Positions 51,248-63,400 of a stretch of DNA of 64,000 nt are shown here, in pieces. Every line of letters begins with the position of its first letter. Within the stretch, counting starts at the first letter, position 1. A program made the translations under genes and the position numbers. The stretch comes from Lingula anatina (taxonomy: Eukaryota > Animalia > Brachiopoda): NCBI GenBank assembly GCA_051362555.1, contig CM120643.1, positions 21,022,848-21,086,847 of the forward strand, in the 5' to 3' direction. The notes under the pieces are model-generated. The model did no database searches, had not been told where the DNA came from, and worked only from the letters and a program-made list of their open reading frames with translations.

Positions 51248-51498
51248 CCCCATTTCCATAGATTAGATCGACCTACTTTAGATCGACCCAACTCCCTGGG
51301 GGTTCACGCTAAATAGCTGTCAGCCGGGCGGACACGAAAGTTAATTACCTCCTTACAGCTTGTAGTAGGCAGGACGGACATTTAAGTCGGATTACCTGAA
51401 AGCTAAGATCTAATAAACGGAATATTAGATCTTAGCTGAAAGTAATCTAGTGAGACTCCCCGCAGGGATAGATCAATCTAAAATCTATGGGAATAGAG
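51248..51498. mobile_element. MITE family copy B in GSTO intron 2
   Basis: Shares AACTCCCT.GGGGTTCACGCTAAAT.GCTGTCAGCCG, GACATTTAAG and AGTAATCTAGTGAGACTCCCC with copy A. It carries an extra internal hairpin. Confidence 0.75.
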
Positions 51499-51678
51499 CC
51501 ATAGATACCATATATATTAATTGGTCTAGGTGGATTGACCCAACTGCCAACTGTGAGGGGGGGCTCTTGTTACGTGCAATCACCTGAACCAAATCACATA
51601 CCAAAGTAACGATAAGTTTCTACAAACAAGCTTTTAAAGACCTGGGCCCCCGCAGATGTCGCAGATCCTGCGCCAGAA

Positions 51679-51689
51679 ATGACTCAGCA
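51679..51689 (+). promoter_or_regulatory. Antioxidant response element in GSTO intron 2
   Basis: ATGACTCAGCA, perfect consensus. Confidence 0.5.
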
Positions 51690-51910
51690 CAATGTGAGGA
51701 GATTCATATTAAAAGAGGATCAATTTATGACCCATGTCCCTGCTAGCTAGGCTGGGTCACAGGTGACAACAGTCAATGTCACAGCTATTCAGATACCAAT
51801 ATACTGCAGAGGCTCACAATGGACCATCAGGGAATGAGGTTACAGGTGTTAATTAAAGCCTCTATACCTTGCGTGTACATGCACTCAGTCTCACCCCCAC
51901 TGCCCTCCTA

Positions 51911-52076
51911 CCCTCTGCCAGGGCGACTGATAAGATTTTTTTACAGATATTCACAGATATGTCTCCAGATAGATAGATGGTCATTTTTGACTTAGAACCA
52001 AAATGACCATCTATCTAGCTAGAGACATATCTGTGAATAACCGTAAAAAAAGTCTATCAGTCGCCCTGGTAGCGGG
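51911..52076. mobile_element. Almost fully palindromic MITE with TA target-site duplication (Tc1/mariner-like)
   Basis: TA|CCCTCTGCCAGGGCGACTGATA...ATTCACAGATATGTCTC..TAGATAGATGGTCATTTT, a loop, then AAAATGACCATCTATCTA..GAGACATATCTGTGAATA...TATCAGTCGCCCTGGTAGCGGG|TA. Confidence 0.85.
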
Positions 52077-52281
52077 TACCACCCTCCCCTCCCTCTATCC
52101 TACCAGGGGTACTTCCCAGCTGAAGGTGTCTGGTGACACAAAGATCAAATAGTGGAGTGCAAATAGCACTGTTTGACTGCTGTTTGAAGGAGAGATTATC
52201 ACAACTCTAAACAACTGAGGCAAGCACTGTTAAATTAAAAATAAAATCAAGTTTAATTAAATTAACCACTGGTGAACTTAC

Positions 52282-52387
52282 GGTATATTTTTATGGGCCA
52301 GCACCAATATTGTTCTCTCAGCAAATGGGCAGAATCGCATGCTGTACAGCCTCAATCTCCCTGGTGTTGGTGGAGGGAAGTCTGATG
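52282..52387 (-). CDS. GSTO1: Glutathione S-transferase omega, exon 2 (catalytic Cys)
   Basis: Acceptor atttcAG and donor [41 protein letters not shown] carries the omega-class signature YSMRFCPFA. Confidence 0.95.
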
Positions 52388-52793
52388 CTGAAATTATACT
52401 CTTTAGCATTAAGTTGATACCTTGATTATCTATGACATGAAATAAAGAAAAAAAAAAGAAAAACAACAAAAATAATCATTATGCATATAATATATTTTTT
52501 AATGTTTAATGATACCAGTACCAGTAGTTTCTAAGGTCCTTAACCTCAATATATTAAAACTATTTCAACTGCCCTAGCTGAAAACCAAACCTATATAGAT
52601 ATCAATAATTTAATTATACTGCTTCTTCATTAAGCTGACATATAAGCCATTCCCTGCATGAGCTGTCACTTATAAATCTAGGATATATTACTGCAATGAA
52701 TAAAGATGGAAATTTCAGTATAAGCTCTCAGAATGGCTATCACTGGATCTGCAAATGAAATATCTGTTTCAAATAATGGACAAATGGGTTCTT

Positions 52794-52837
<44 letters not shown>

Positions 52838-52961
52838 ATGCTAATAATAATAATAATTATAATGGCAATAAACATGAATTTGAACCCTCCTTGATAATCT
52901 GTATCTATCATATCTGTTGCTTAGTGATCTGAATATGACAAGTGAAAGAGTGTCTATTGCA

Positions 52962-52972
52962 ATGACTCAGCA
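52962..52972 (+). promoter_or_regulatory. Antioxidant response element (Nrf2/CncC-sMaf) in GSTO intron 1
   Basis: ATGACTCAGCA followed by TTTT is a perfect RTGACTCAGCA consensus with an AT-rich Maf flank. Confidence 0.6.
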
Positions 52973-53509
52973 TTTTCTTCATACAGTTACCACAGCTGAC
53001 TATGTACATGTATATTATACTAAAGAATGTGCTGGTAAAGGCAGGTCTAACTCCTGCTCCCTCCAAATAAAAATGAAATTATATACTCAATAGTGAGGCC
53101 AAAATAATTACTTGAAGTTCAAAACACAATTCTGGGAGGCAGTCGGCTTAGAAGTGAGAAGGTTTAATTTAAATGACTTTGCCTCAGTTTTTGTTTTTCC
53201 TGTGGAGCCGACCTCTTCTTAGGCAATTGAACGCAACATTAAAATCATTCTCATGCCGCCCCCTAAAGTCTTTTACTACGTACCCCACTATGGTTATTTC
53301 TTTTACATTATTTTGATATGTTATGAAAATAAACTGTGCTGAACGAACTCAAAATTTGCTGGTTTTCAATTAATCACTATTCCGATGTAGGCCTAGGCCT
53401 ACAATTTTGGCATGACATGCACAATAATCAATATACTGGGTACAATACATGTACATGTACCGGTGTATGTGTATTAGGAGCACCTACAGCTCACGTAGAA
53501 TACACCTAC

Positions 53510-53546
53510 CTTTAACAAGATGCCTGGTTTCATTCAAAACTGGCAT
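53510..53546 (-). CDS. GSTO1: Glutathione S-transferase omega, exon 1 coding part
   Basis: AAA ATG CCA GTT TTG AAT GAA ACC AGG CAT CTT GTT AAA G|GTAGGT gives MPVLNETRHLVK. Phase 1 fits exon 2. The exons sum to 37+106+220+112+239 = 714 nt, which is 237 aa plus stop. Confidence 0.85.
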
Positions 53547-53964
53547 TTTCAAATTCTCAGGGTATGCAATTTTATCCTGCGAGCACGAGCTTATTTGCCG
53601 GAACTGTGCGTGTTTTGTTTTGAGCTACGAGAACACGCGACCGCTGCTGTAGGTAATCTGAGGGTCCCATTGGGGGTGGGGGGTAGAGATTACAGATCAC
53701 GGAAAATAAAATAATCAAATCACAGATAACAGAAAATAAACTTTATTCATATCCCATTGAAAATGTAGGGAATTCGAGTTACATTACGAATTCACGAGTC
53801 ATGGGATTGGGGTTATATATTCATTTATCACATCATCATCATCATCATCCGAATTTATTTTATCCTCAACAGAGGGTGGGGCCAGTCTGACGCACAGTCT
53901 TCCTTCGAATATACTACTTGTCATAATGGGTCATAATACTGTGTGGCGTTTTTTTTTTTTACAG

Positions 53965-54330
53965 TGAGGCTGCCCTGCCGACCTCCAACTCTGACATTCA
54001 CGGTAGACTGTGACACCGCCGTTACCCCACCGGGGCATTGTGCCTTGCCCTTGTCTTCTATGCGAAGATATCCTCCGCCATGCCACGTGATGCTAGCACC
54101 AGAGCTGCGGTATGCTGCAATACTGCTGCTGGCGTCTACTGCCACCCAGGTTGTGGCAGATCATAACCCAGAGAGGGGCCAGTAACCCAGGATGGGGGGC
54201 TAACGGGTAGTAACCCTTGCCCAAGGGGTACCCGGAGGTTCTGAAGGCACAAAGGAGGACACCTCACACCCCCTACCATCTTGCCGTCGTTGCCCCAGAG
54301 GATGCAGTTTAAAGTCATGTACCCAGGACA
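53965..54330 (-). mobile_element. GC-rich repeat remnant, possibly the 5' end/UTR of a non-LTR retrotransposon
   Basis: An abrupt GC-rich block that on the minus strand begins GTCCTGGGTACATGACTTTAAACTGCATCC. No credible ORF. The family assignment is only a remembered resemblance. Confidence 0.35.
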
Positions 54331-54875
54331 TATCAAGATAAATAATATGAACGTTTCACGCATCTCTGGAAATAAGAAGTGGTTTCACGTGCAACGAAAA
54401 TACCCAGTGGGACCCTCGTATCTGGCATACATGTGACCTTGATTGGTAAGTACTCTAGTGTCGTAATATTAGATACAATGTACAATGCAGCAGTGATTAT
54501 TGTCATTTATAGGGTTAGATGGTTTTGAATGCTTTAACCGATTTCATATGGATTTTTGTGTTGTGGTAGGCTAGTATGGCAGTCTAAGGTCGTTTTGTGT
54601 GTTTTTGTGTAAGTACTCAGTTAATTCATCTTATGACGATTTACGACTCCCGATTACTAACCAATCAAGGTGGATCGAAGTCATCTGCCTAAATGAATGA
54701 TTGTCTCATACACAACACCCTGACCCCCCAACCTTCCATAAATCTGCACGCGCCACAGGTCGAACAAACTGTATCAGGTCATCCAAAAAATGGAGATGAG
54801 GAATTTAAAGATAATGAAAAATGTCTATGTCGCAGTTTTTAGTTTTTTTTTTTTAGTTTTACATGATAAGACCTT

Positions 54876-54921
<46 letters not shown>

Positions 54922-55659
54922 AGCCAAAACACTCACTCCGGTAGTCCTCAATCCTCGGGGGTAGGGATAGGAATAGCCACGGATGATTAAGTGGGTATCA
55001 TCGCGCATTTACTAAAATGTTACGACAAAACTATTTTTTTTTAAATTTCATTTTTAATATCAGATTAGTTTTGGATTGGCCTACAATTAATCGGACTTGA
55101 TCAAGATGCATAATTATTAAGGAATCAAAACGGGGAAAAAGTTTCACAAATATTCTGATCACTGGATAGGGCATTAACCTGAAATTATGTAGGCTTGTAT
55201 ATAGTTGATTAGATGACGCATTTTGTCCCAGTTTGGCCTTTGGTTTTTTAAATCACAGGTGTAATATTTTGTTAGAATATTCAACCATTAAAGCAAGTTA
55301 GAATCATTATAGCAGTTAGAATATTCAATCATTAAAGCAAGATTGTATCGCATTTTCTCAACAGCTTTAAATAGGGTACATCCTTAGGGAATTAATAATG
55401 GAAAATGATGAAATGCCATGGAAATTTAAAATTTTTGCTATATAATGCAAAAATACTCACTGTGTGGCGTTTGATTTGAACTTACTACTCTTTTCAATTG
55501 TGGTCGATTACTTGTAATTCCTGCACTTTCGTCCTGGTACGGCCATGGCAGATATAAATGTCACATGGTGCAGTGAAAGTGGGGATTGTTTATTTCCAAC
55601 ATCTCACTACTGGTAGATGTATATTTTATTGTAAAACTAGGCTTAAACTAACAAACCTC

Positions 55660-56135
55660 TCAAAGTGTCTTGTCCTTGAAGGATGTTGACTATCATTGAC
55701 TACAACTCCCTTTCTTCAGATGAACTCAGAATTATTTCACCGGACACACCAACCATAATCCTAAACTCTTGACAGAGCCAATATATCGTCTTCTTCTACT
55801 TTTCCCCTTTGATTTTCCCTTTGAGCGCTAATCACTCCAATCCCCCTTTCCTCATCACGTGTCCGAAAAACTCTTACTGACTCTTTCTTATTGTTCTAAG
55901 CAGACTTCTTTTGCTTCCACCTCTTTCTAGGAATCCTTTGTTGCTGATATGTTCTCTCTACGACATTCTAAGCATCCTTCTCATGAACCACGCTTTTACA
56001 GCCTGCGATCTTTCTGCCAATGTGTTGGAAATATTCCAGCACTCGCTGCCATAGGTCAGCACAGAATGAATGTAACATCGTCGAAATCTGATTTTATTTC
56101 GATTTTCGTCTTGTATGGCACAGGTCGGAATAACT
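55660..56135 (-). mobile_element. Degenerate 3' fragment of an RTE-clade LINE (C-terminus of the RT ORF)
   Basis: Minus-strand translation RCYIHSVLTYGSECWNISNTLAERSQAVKAWFMRRMLRMS*REHISNKGFLERGGSKRSLLRTIRKSQ*EFFGHVMRKGGLE*LALKGKIKG...SMIVNILQGQDT matches the RTE/BovB YGxExW, WFxRRMLRISW, FGHVMR and GKIxG motifs. Multiple in-frame stops. Confidence 0.9.
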
Positions 56136-56297
56136 TATCAATTTAGCGAATTCTAAATTTATAATTCTACAGAAATAGGGACATTTTTTGCTCTGTTTAA
56201 TAATTACATGAAAACCTATGTGGCGAAGGGAGTCACCGGGATGTTTTCTCATGGGAAATTAAAAATTAATTATGCGATAAGGCTAATATATTATAGT

Positions 56298-56465
56298 CAG
56301 GCCCGTAGCCAGGGGGGGTTCGGGGGGTTCGAAAGAACCGCCCCTTTTGCTGGGAAAAGGTCCACTCTGGGTAAAATTTGACCTAGGTACATGAAGTTTT
56401 TATGGGAAAAGGTCCACTTTTTCAGAAAAAGAACCCCCTTTTTGAAATTGCTGGCTACGGGCCTG
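56298..56465. mobile_element. 168-bp non-autonomous TIR element with 6-bp target-site duplication
   Basis: Perfect 15-bp TIRs CAGGCCCGTAGCCAG and CTGGCTACGGGCCTG, flanked by TATAGT on both sides. Confidence 0.9.
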
Positions 56466-58352
56466 TATAGTGACTATTTCCTTTCTGAATAACTACTATA
56501 AAGGGGGCCAGACCTCAAGGTTTATTTACTACATCTAGTAGCTGTGCTAGACATAACTTGCAGCGTTGTTAAACACTGTAGGTCGTAATGTTTTGTCGCA
56601 TTGGCGGTGTATGTGCCGTGTGTTACATATGTTTCTCCACTAAATATCTTGAGGAAAGCAATGGAATGCTTTACAATGATCCTTCGCCAAGGATGGTTAC
56701 AAAACACCACGAGGCGGGCGGAGCGTGGAGATTTGGTCTCCCATTGTTACCAGGTGCCATTACCTTCAGATTATCGATTTTAAGTTTTTCACATTGATCA
56801 ACATCAATTTTTAATAAAGAGGATACAGTATTAAAAAAAAAAAGAATGAGTGTAATAGAACGACAACATTTTATCCCGAAATTTGCGCGCTCATCCAATT
56901 TTTTTTGTCAGTGGATGCCACGTGCAATTGCACATAAAACGACACTTTCCACAATATGTATATAGGTCTTGTGCATGGCAAAGACTGCTAAAACTGAATA
57001 GCCGCACGTAATGTAGATACGTGTACTGTAGGTAAATTCGACTCTGTGAAATGGTCTGAGGGCGTTGCATGAATGACTGGCCCCAGTATCATGGAAATGC
57101 ATTTGACCACTGTGTGTGTAAAACAGCGTCAAGAAATTTCGTGCTAAGCATTAGGACTGAAAATTCGAGGGCAACGACATGTAAGATTCTTTGCTAAACG
57201 CTAACTAAGATTGTAAGTAAGCTCAACTGAAGCAAATTAAATGTTTGATTCCAGTTCTTCAGTGAACCGGAACTCTGCACTGCTCCCACGATTCAGACTT
57301 AAAAATGCCACGACATAGCATGGACTCATTAAAATGTATGGCGTGCCAATAACAATAAAACATAACGGTACGACTTATTTCCGATAACCGTTGCTTTCAA
57401 CAGGAATGTAACATATTGCGAGTTTGCTTTTTATAACGTTTTTATTACATTTACCTTAGAGCGAGAATGACACAGGCTGGTCTCCGAACAATTAGTTAAC
57501 AATCACATAGATATGTTTTTAATGCTTGGTACACGATTTCAGACGGACAGGTACATGTCATATCCTTTTACCTGAAAGGGACATCAAAGGATTAGAATGG
57601 ACGCTGTACAATTAATGAGGACTCTCATCCACTGGATCAGCATTAGAACAGATGTATTCTTCCCTCAACAAACTCATACAATGCAATCAGAAATTAAGGA
57701 ACTTAAAAATTGCATGTCACTGGTTATTGTGATGTGAAGAAGAATAAATAGGTACTCCTGGGGAGTTGTAAGCCAATGTGTGTGTGTATGTGTGCGTGTG
57801 TGTATGTGTGCACGTGTGTGTATGTTTGGTGTGTATATGTGTGTATGTGCGTATGCGTGTGTGTGTGTGTGTGGCGGTGGGGGCGCACTGCAGAGAGAGT
57901 CCAATCGACGAACAAACGTTTGTTTGGGAATATTCACCATAGATATTGTGTGGAATCCGAACAACAGTATTTTATTCACCAGCAGCGGGCAAAAAATTCA
58001 ATGATGACTGCGGTAACTTGCGTTTAATTGCTGTTCATTGCATAACACAATATTGTCTTGCGGGTTAAACAAGATGACGCCGACGCATAACGACAAAGCG
58101 TCTACATTTTTCACCTACTTTTTTAATGTTTAGTTATTCATTCCTTGCCTATCCTCGTTTATTCAAGGGAAGATCAGCGTCCCTTTTAAAACAAATTTGA
58201 AGTATTACTTATAAAAGATATTTTTAACAAAACGTAGCTTTTACAGGGTAATGGATTCCCGATATTGTTTATTTTTTATCTTAGTACATATATTGGATAA
58301 ATGGATTTTTATCTTTTCTTATCGTATCTTATGTTAATCTACATACGGTATG

Positions 58353-58400
<48 letters not shown>

Positions 58401-59708
58401 TTTTGGAATTTTGAATTTTTTTGTATGAGACTAGAATTTTTTTTAACCTTTCTCGAGGTTTGATAGTGGTGCTGATTTTAAACATGCCTTCCACCAAAGA
58501 CATACAGAACTCAAAGTGTATGGAGTGTACTTGTATTTCTGTGAATGGTTTGGGGCATGCTTTACCTTGATCATTCATGGAGAAGTGGGATTATCGGGAA
58601 GATTAAGTTACTGCTGTATACAGGTGTAACTCCCACTGTCATTTTTAGGAGTGTGTTTTTTCAAAAGATTATTTATTATCATTCGCAGCATACGCATGAA
58701 ACACGTGTAAATAAAGATGTCTGACGTCCGGTGTATGGTAGTTTAACAGTTATACAATTATGGCTTGGGGGCTTCATACGTATGGCATATACCGCTAAAT
58801 ATATTTATTTGCGCGTTAGTACCGTTTTATATGATCTAAGGGCTTGGACGTGATAACGACTTTCACTGATTGCATTAGCCTATTGCCACTCGATTCTTAT
58901 TGATCTGATCTGATCTGCTATGGTCTATGTGAGCTATGTAATTGTGACGAAGTTGTTGTCTTGATGTTTTGCTGTTACGCAAGGTAGTAAATACAACTCT
59001 GTTATAATATTTCATATTATTTAGCTACTTTCCAGTTGGTTCCCATCGCCGCTACTTAACACTCCCCGCTCCTTATTCACTCATGACTGTCAATTACTGA
59101 TATTACATAATGTTATCTCCTCTCTCTGGTTTATATGGGAATCTTTTGAAAAAGACTGTTGGGCCTTAAAAGGCCAAAAGTAATAAACTTTTATTATAAC
59201 GAGTATAACTTTATAAATCTAGGTTCTACCTGTTCTCTCGTTTGATCTTTTCCAGCAAACTTCACAGTTAGGTTTTGAGGGCGTTTTCCTGAGTTTTATG
59301 AGATATGACAGATAAACCCGATATTCTAATATATAGTTTTCTTTGCTTTAGTCCTTAAATACTTTACTTTGCAATACAAATGTGGCCACTGGGCAATCAG
59401 TAGGCTAACTGGCTACGGGGCATACGTTTAAGGTGTTTAATTTTTATTGCAATAGTCGCAATGAGATGACAAACAATTTATGTTTGGCTGAAGATAAAAT
59501 TGGAATACAATTTATGTTCATATTAAACATCATATAGCTTTTTGATGGACTCACTTCTAAAATTTTCAGACAGTAACTGAGTTTTCAAAAAAAAAGAGAA
59601 AAAAATCTATGCATGCAGTAGCTAGTTCTGCAGTCTCTAGGTTATCTATGTCACCGTTAGATTATGTTGACTTTTGTGTTTGCGCGCACACGCATGTCTT
59701 GTGTGTAC

Positions 59709-59743
<35 letters not shown>

Positions 59744-59777
59744 AAAGAGGAAGGCAGATCAGGACAGGCATGGCAGG

Positions 59778-59808
<31 letters not shown>

Positions 59809-60802
59809 TGAAAGAGAGTGAGAGAAAGAGAGGTTTGCATGTAAAGCCCCTTTTTTATGGAACCACTTGAGGTGATATATTAATGAGTAGCATATATTAT
59901 TGGCACACATTGGCACAGCTCGGCTCTGCACATGTTAACTAGTGAATGACAGTTACAAATAACGGCATCGGCTGTGTCTGATTTACATTTTTATGTTTGA
60001 TGTGTAGAAGCCTGTGAAAGATTGTTTACCAAAATATTTATATATCATGTGATACACTATCTTGCAGCGTCATAAATAGACTGCGAAGGCAGCAAAACCA
60101 TTGAGATTTGTAGACAGCAGTCGCGATGCACTTCTCGAAAGGCTTCATGTCACTTACAGCGGATGAGGACAATTAGGTTTCATGTGAATGATCGGAGCAT
60201 ATTGGATCGGTAAGCAGTAACGATTATAAAGCTAAAATAAGGGAATTTATGTCTGAGGCAGCATGAAATGCGCTATTGCTGGCTTATTAATTAACGTGGT
60301 AATTCTGCGACGCGACATGTATGGAAGCGATTCCTTTTCATAAGGATGCGAAAACTACTGCACTGGATGTAATTTGGAAATTATATGCTTTTCGATGTTA
60401 GGTGTAAGGGTTTGAAATAAATTACAGAATGGTTTTTATTTTTATCTGCTTTTCTTCTACGATAAAAAGGTCTGAAAGTGACGTAAACCTAAGTACAGCG
60501 CATTTGTTAGCGAAGATAGACTAAAGCCTAAATGGTAAAAAATGATAGGATATTTTGAATATTACATTATTAGGAAAATGATCATTATGTCAATTTTCAC
60601 TGTGATCACTGTCACAGAACTTTTCGTGTACCTAGCTGTAGTAATGACCAGTAAACAATTTTTAATTAACGAAAGTTAAACAATTTCCTTGAGAAGGTAG
60701 TTAGATTTGTGTACCCTGTGTAACAATATAAGCAGTATCAAAGTTCACATGTACATTTAATGGCCCAGTCATTGGTGTTAGCGGTTGCAAGTCACTTTTG
60801 GT

Positions 60803-61930
60803 GGTCAGCTCTATATTCCGAAGACCCGCTATTCTGAAGGTTCGCTATTCCAAAATATTCTCTAAATTTCTTTCAAAGTTTCGTTATTCTTAAATCCTGG
60901 ATTTCATTTGCCACGGGTGCCCCACGGTAAAATCGTTTGCGCAGAATCTCACGTCCCACGCAAGTCCTTCTTACGAAATTTCGAGTTCGCAGACGCACGT
61001 ATACGGAGGATGTTGGACATGGCCAAAAGATTCTGCGAATAGCCTGCGAACAGCGAGGCCGCAAGCGTAACTCGCTACCCTCGCATGAAGCTAGCAAGTG
61101 AGACGTGCGTTGAAGGAGCAACAATGAAGGAGCAAGTGCCCTTTGCGTGTTGAGTACGGCGCACGCCTTCACAACTTACGAACAAAGTGGACACCGGGAA
61201 TGCGTCGCACGTGCGTCACCCCCACGCCTGGTGTATAAAAGGCGTGCACACGACGCACGCACGCTTACAATGAACGTCGACTGTGTCAACATTTTCAAAT
61301 TTTTGCTCAATTTAGTTTCTTTCCTCTACCTCTACGAACCCCACAACCTCCACTGCACCCAAAATTCGTAGGGGACGTACGGTCCTAAAATTCGTGCGTC
61401 CGGTTGTGGCCGAGGCTTAAGAAAACGCACACTTCAAATTCATGCAATTGACCTATTTTAAGATTAAAACATCTCTGTCATTTCTAAGCCTTCTAAAGCC
61501 GCCATAGGTGGAAGGAAAAGAGACCAAAACAGGTTCAACCGATCACCGCAAGTCCTCCGAACGAGGCCCATATAGGAATGCCGTCGACCGAATGCCACGG
61601 CCTACGGGCTAACGATATTTAAAAAAAAATTGTCAAACGTTTTGCTTGACAAAATTGTAGAGGCTACCGCCTGCCACCGCACAGATGCCGCACGAAAAGG
61701 GATTTGCGGGCAGTATATGTGCACCGTTTGGACATTTCATGGCAAATGTAATCTAGGCTCGAAGGTTGGTAAGTCGGCAGATGTCGTTTACCTTGGAAAA
61801 ATTAAATATGAGTTTTGGCGGGAAAATCTTGGCTTTACTAAAAGTGTATTTCGGAACAGCGGACATTCGGAATAGCGAATCTCAAAATAAAGAACCCCTT
61901 AGATAAGCAAGCCTTCGAAACAGCAACCCA
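60803..61930. mobile_element. Composite/nested non-autonomous DNA transposon region
   Basis: Left subterminal repeats (GC)TATTC(C/T)GAA at 60812-60853 are inverted relative to TTCGGAA(C/T)AGC repeats at 61850-61925. A CpG-rich inner block at about 60890-61420 has its own diverged inverted arms. Confidence 0.55.
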
Positions 61931-62105
61931 TCAGATTCCTGTCAATTCTGATTGCGTCAGTTGGGTCATCAGAATCATGTCTGATTTTCCGATGAAGCGA
62001 GCTTCCTTCTTCAACGTGGTTCTTTAAATACTATATTTTATGTCAAATTCGTGAGACATATGAAGACTGTGTGCTGGGAACCGGTTGTTATAAACTTTTT
62101 ACATA

Positions 62106-62392
62106 TAAAACTATGCCCTGGACTTCGCTTGATTTAGTAGAGTTTTATTAAAGCTTGGGCTCATAATAAGGCATTCCGTTTTAGCTTACTTTAATTACGC
62201 AAAAGCAATCCGAAGATTCCACGGTTTCTTCAGATATTATGCAAGGTCGTACACAGAAAACCCCAGCTCACACAAAGTCAGTGATACGTTTTATTCGACG
62301 ACGCTTAGTAACTACACGATGCCAAGTTTCCAACCTCGTAACTTTCGTCTGCCTGCTTGTTTCTCCAAGCCTTAATTTTTCAATCCCCTTCA
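62106..62392 (+). repeat. About 288-bp direct duplication, copy 1 (copy 2 at 63111-63400); possibly a LINE 3' end on the minus strand
   Basis: TAAAACTATGCCCTGGACTTCGCTTGATTTAGTAGAG ... TTAATTTTTCAATCCCC is near-identical at both loci. Confidence 0.9.
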
Positions 62393-62515
62393 TTTTATCA
62401 AGAGCCCTCTTATGTATCCAACGTACTATCCTTAAGCCACGTGTTGCATACAAATCTTCATTACTGCAGTTTATTACTATGTCAGCGTTACTTTAAATCG
62501 CCTCAGGATACATAA

Positions 62516-62704
62516 GGCCCCAGTTTCACACAAAAAATTAAGTCAGTTCCCTGCATGAGGGGCTCGTTATTTTGAGTCAGTTTCATTTGCATGAGAGTGT
62601 TGTAACACTGTTCAGGGTTAGATGTGCGCATATGACCATGTAACGTCGGTAATTAAGTTCTGAGTCAGGGAACCTGACTTAATTGTGTTTTGTGAAACTG
62701 GAAC
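62516..62704. mobile_element. MITE with about 35-bp TIRs (PIF/Harbinger-like)
   Basis: GGCCCCAGTTTCACACAAAAAATTAAGTCAGTTCCCTG and CAGGGAACCTGACTTAATTGTGTTTTGTGAAACTGG. TAA lies on the left flank; the right terminus is degenerate. Confidence 0.75.
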
Positions 62705-63110
62705 AAGGACTCTTGGGCGACATCACGTCCGTTTGTGATATAAAATTTGTAATCCAGTAAAAACCGTTTTGTAGGACATATCATGGATACATATTTGGGC
62801 TGCAATTTATTCTTTATGAAGGTTTAACAATTCTAATGTTCCTCAGAAAAAAACTTAATATGCCTTTTGGTATTCATGAAATACATCTGGAAGAAACCTT
62901 TTCAAAATTCTGTGGAAAATGCAGTTAGAAGTAGAATTTAGATAATGTGGAGTTTCAACTCTGCCATGCCTAAAAACAAACAATCGAAAATCTAAAAAAA
63001 TTTAAGAGTCTACTAGCAAATTCGGATGTAGAGAAGCTCTTTAAGAAACAGCATGACATGGCAATGGAACTCAGCTTGCTTTTAGAGTAATGCTATAATT
63101 TTTTTACAAT

Positions 63111-63400
63111 TAAAACTATGCCCTGGACTTCGCTTGATTTAGTAGAGTTATTAAAGCTTCCATGGGCTCAAAATAAGGCATTCCGTTTTAGCTTACTTTA
63201 ATTACGCAAAAGTAATCCGAAGATTCCACGGTTTCTTCAGATTTTATGCAAGGTCATACACAGAAAACCCCAGCTCAAACAAAGTCAGTGATACGTTTTA
63301 TTCGACGACGCTTAGTAACTACACGATGCCAAATTTCCAACCTCGAAACTTTCGTCTGTGTGCTTGGTTCTCCAAGTCTTAATTTTTCAATCCCCCTTCA
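63111..63400 (+). repeat. About 288-bp direct duplication, copy 2
   Basis: Matches 62106-62392 with scattered substitutions and small indels. Confidence 0.9.

Noticed and set aside
57674-58027. ORFs rich in HT/CV/YI/ER dipeptides here and at about 23.6, 30.4, 41.9 and 59.6 kb
   Set aside because: They are translations of CA, TA and GA microsatellites.
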